This document shows, in pieces, positions 45,673 to 48,012 of a DNA stretch of 48,012 bases. The stretch is from Eubacteriales bacterium (GTDB lineage Bacteria; Bacillota; Clostridia; Oscillospirales; QAKW01): contig JAZQDN010000133.1 of NCBI GenBank assembly GCA_045546815.1, positions 1-48,012 on the forward strand. Direction: 5' to 3'. Position 1 is the first letter of the stretch, and the number at the start of each line of letters is the position of its first letter. Made by a program: the position numbers and the translations under genes. The notes beneath the pieces are model-generated. The model worked only from the letters and a program-made list of their open reading frames with translations, had not been told where the DNA came from and searched no databases.

Positions 45673-46742
45673 TATGCTACTCCTTTTTGCTCTGAAATAA
45701 GAGTGTAAAGAGAGCTTGTGAGAGCCTGCGCGTCCTCCTCGGGAAGCTGTGTCATTATATAGTTAAGGTCTTCAATAATAAGCTCGTTTGAGGTGCCGTC
45801 ACTTACCATATTACCGTAGTCAAGAAGCACGTTAAAGGGGTATGAATCAGCGGTTACAACAAGTACAGTTCCCTCGTCGACCGAGGCAACAACGGTGTCA
45901 AGTTCCTGCAAGAACTTGTACAGTTCAACGTTTGCCGCCTGCGCACTTGCATAGATCTGCGCAACCTCTGTTTCGGTCTTTGCTTTTATCTGTGCAGCTT
46001 CCGTCTTGCCGTCAGCAATTATCTGTGCCGCCTGTGCGTCGGCATCAGCCTTGATTTTGTTGGCATCTCTGTTTGCATTTGCAATTATCGTGTCTATATC
46101 CTTTTGTCTGTCGGCACTCATCTGTGCAAATACGCTTTCAAGATTGGCGTTGGGAAGCGAAATACGTAGTATGTTCACGTCAGTAATTTCAATGCCGTAG
46201 TTCTTTTCGCAGTTTGTCTTCACTTCTGCATAGATTTTATCCTGTATTTCCTCTGTCTTTATCGTTTCCTTTTCAAGTGAAACAAGGTCAGTCAGATTAT
46301 ATGCGCCCATAACGCTGTTTGTTGCACTGAATATCTGGTCTTTAATGTACGAGTCAACCGTACCCTGTGCACCGACACTGTTATAGTAAAGCAGTGGGTT
46401 TGTAACCTTCCATACAGCGTATGACTGCAAAATGATGTTACGGTTGTCCTTGGTGGTTGTCTCAAGATAGTTTGACTCAAGATACTGCAGTCTGTTTTCA
46501 AACTTCTCAACCGTTTCAAACGGCCACGGCAGTTTGAAGTAAAGTCCTGCCTCTGTGATCTCGGCGCGCGGCGCACCAAAGCGTAAAATCACAGCGCCCG
46601 TACCCTCGCGTACCTCGCACGTGAACATAAAGTATGCAAGAATTATAACAAGTACAGCCGCAAGCGTTATTTTTATCCAGCGCATAGAAAACAGCTTTTG
46701 TTCAGCGTTTTCGGACTGTGCTTTCTTTTTGAATATTTTCAT
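45672..46742 (-). CDS. SPFH/HflC-like protein with C-terminal extension
   Basis: N-terminal TM, LRFGAP, GLYFKLPWP, TKDNRN, VF.QM.ADR, AQIYA, LYKFL. Confidence 0.88.
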   Translation of the reverse strand: MKIFKKKAQSENAEQKLFSMRWIKITLAAVLVIILAYFMFTCEVREGTGAVILRFGAPRAEITEAGLYFKLPWPFETVEKFENRLQYLESNYLETTTKDNRNIILQSYAVWKVTNPLLYYNSVGAQGTVDSYIKDQIFSATNSVMGAYNLTDLVSLEKETIKTEEIQDKIYAEVKTNCEKNYGIEITDVNILRISLPNANLESVFAQMSADRQKDIDTIIANANRDANKIKADADAQAAQIIADGKTEAAQIKAKTETEVAQIYASAQAANVELYKFLQELDTVVASVDEGTVLVVTADSYPFNVLLDYGNMVSDGTSNELIIEDLNYIMTQLPEEDAQALTSSLYTLISEQKGVA

Positions 46743-46760
46743 TACCGTATCTCCTTAAAA

Positions 46761-48011
46761 TTACTGCTCGGCTTTTGGCTCGCTTGTCTGCGGTGCATTA
46801 AAATTGCCGAAGTAAATTTTTGAACTGTCAACACCGTTACCCACAATTACGAGGTTTGCGTTGCCGTAGGCGTTTTTGAGTGCCTTTAAGTACTTGTGAT
46901 ATCTGTAAGCACTCGGGTATGCATTGTATGCCTCGACACCTGCCATGAACTCGGCGATCTCGGTGCGGGCCGCCGCCACCTTTGTCGAGTGCTCGGCGTT
47001 TGCCTCGCCCACCGCGGTGTCATACTGTTGCTGTGCCTCTGCCTGTTTTGTTTCTGCGTCGCACTGCGCAGTGATCTTTATTTCCTCCGCCTGTATCTCA
47101 GCGCTGATTATCTCCTGATAAACCGATGCCACCTCGAGCGGCGGATGTATGCTTTCAAGAACAATGCTTACAACCTCAATACCGGTGTTAAATGAATCCA
47201 GCTTTTTGGTAAGTTCCTCACTGAACGTTTTTGCAAAAGCATCGCGGTCGGTAGACAAAAGCGTCGCAAGACTTGTGTTGATCGTTCTGTCTGTCACAAG
47301 CTCGTATGCCTGCGCCTGCAAAAACTGTTCGGGGGACGAGGTGCTTGTCAGATACTTTTTGAGGTCTTTAATCTTATACTCGACCCTGAGGTTTATCGAC
47401 ACAAGCTCGTCACCGCCGCCAAGCAGCAGCTTGTACTCGGTCTTGCCGTGCTCGCTTGTCCACACGTTGTCTGTGTTTTGTGTCGAGCTGTAGCCGATTG
47501 TAATTTTGTTTACGCTCTCTGTGTTGTAAATGTCTACCTTGTCGATAGGGTAGGGAAAAACAAAATGCAGACCCGGCTCAAGAATTTTTTGTTCAAGCGA
47601 GCCGAGGCGGTAAATCGCGCCCTTGCTGTGCGGGTCGATCTGGATAATGCAAGTCGACAGCCACAAAAAGAAAACTATAAAAACGACGGTTATCGGCGCA
47701 ATCTGCTTCACATAACGCATGCTCCACAGTCCGCGCATTGTAATGCCTGTGTTATTTTCTAAAAAGTCGATTACCGAAAGATTGTCGTCACTGCTCTTTA
47801 TAAACGGTATCGGTATTACCGCCTGCGGCTGTGTGTCGAGCTGCTTGCGTATGATCGTTACAACGAGCGATATCGCCATAAACACCGACATATAGTAAAA
47901 CAGTGCCGCGAGTATGTATTTTACATAAACGTCAATATCCCACAGTGCAAGCGCTTTGAGTACAGATGAAACAATACATACAAAAAGCACTGCATAAATA
48001 ATTCTCATATA
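46761..48011 (-). CDS. SPFH/HflK-like protein with extra N-terminal TM domain (probably 5'-truncated by window edge)
   Basis: At least 3 TM, then YRLG, PGLHFVFPYPID, HPP and coiled coil. The frame stays open to the window end. Confidence 0.85.
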   Translation of the reverse strand, partial: YMRIIYAVLFVCIVSSVLKALALWDIDVYVKYILAALFYYMSVFMAISLVVTIIRKQLDTQPQAVIPIPFIKSSDDNLSVIDFLENNTGITMRGLWSMRYVKQIAPITVVFIVFFLWLSTCIIQIDPHSKGAIYRLGSLEQKILEPGLHFVFPYPIDKVDIYNTESVNKITIGYSSTQNTDNVWTSEHGKTEYKLLLGGGDELVSINLRVEYKIKDLKKYLTSTSSPEQFLQAQAYELVTDRTINTSLATLLSTDRDAFAKTFSEELTKKLDSFNTGIEVVSIVLESIHPPLEVASVYQEIISAEIQAEEIKITAQCDAETKQAEAQQQYDTAVGEANAEHSTKVAAARTEIAEFMAGVEAYNAYPSAYRYHKYLKALKNAYGNANLVIVGNGVDSSKIYFGNFNAPQTSEPKAEQ

Positions 48012-48012
48012 C

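Noticed and set aside
1-48012. CRISPR array, IS/transposase, integrase, prophage, rRNA/tRNA, anti-phage defence genes
   Set aside because: No regularly spaced repeats, recombinase motifs or RNA-gene signatures seen by eye. mazG sits in its usual housekeeping context, not a defence island.

Overview
Mostly core-genome segment of a low-GC Gram-positive anaerobe; gene content and near-consensus sigma-A promoters suggest Clostridia, probably Oscillospirales-like (inference). About 46 CDS. Left end: a NuoE/NuoF/GltD-fusion flavoprotein operon (HydABC/Stn/NfnABC-type, no hydrogenase domain). Then trpS-tagO-wecB, an AT-rich ribokinase-AraC fusion plus nucleoside hydrolase, yabO-hup-mazG-yabM, tadA, alsT-ddl-murI-argS, rplS (L19 leader), fba, degV, an OmpR/HK/htrA operon, rpsO (S15 leader)-pnp, an LTA-synthase-like operon and mltG. 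Right end: an operon of three SPFH (HflK/HflC/HflK-like) genes with an atypical P1B-ATPase. No rRNA, tRNA, CRISPR, integrase or transposase was seen. Best leads: (1) an unannotated ~92-nt C-rich anti-Shine-Dalgarno sRNA after tadA, whose promoter has the same tandem-box/20-bp/TGGTATAnT layout as the response-regulator promoter 17 kb away; (2) the SPFH x3 + P1B-ATPase system with no ftsH in view; (3) the PfkB-AraC fusion; (4) a minimal Stn/Nfn-like bifurcating enzyme. All calls come from reading motifs by eye; no database search was run.
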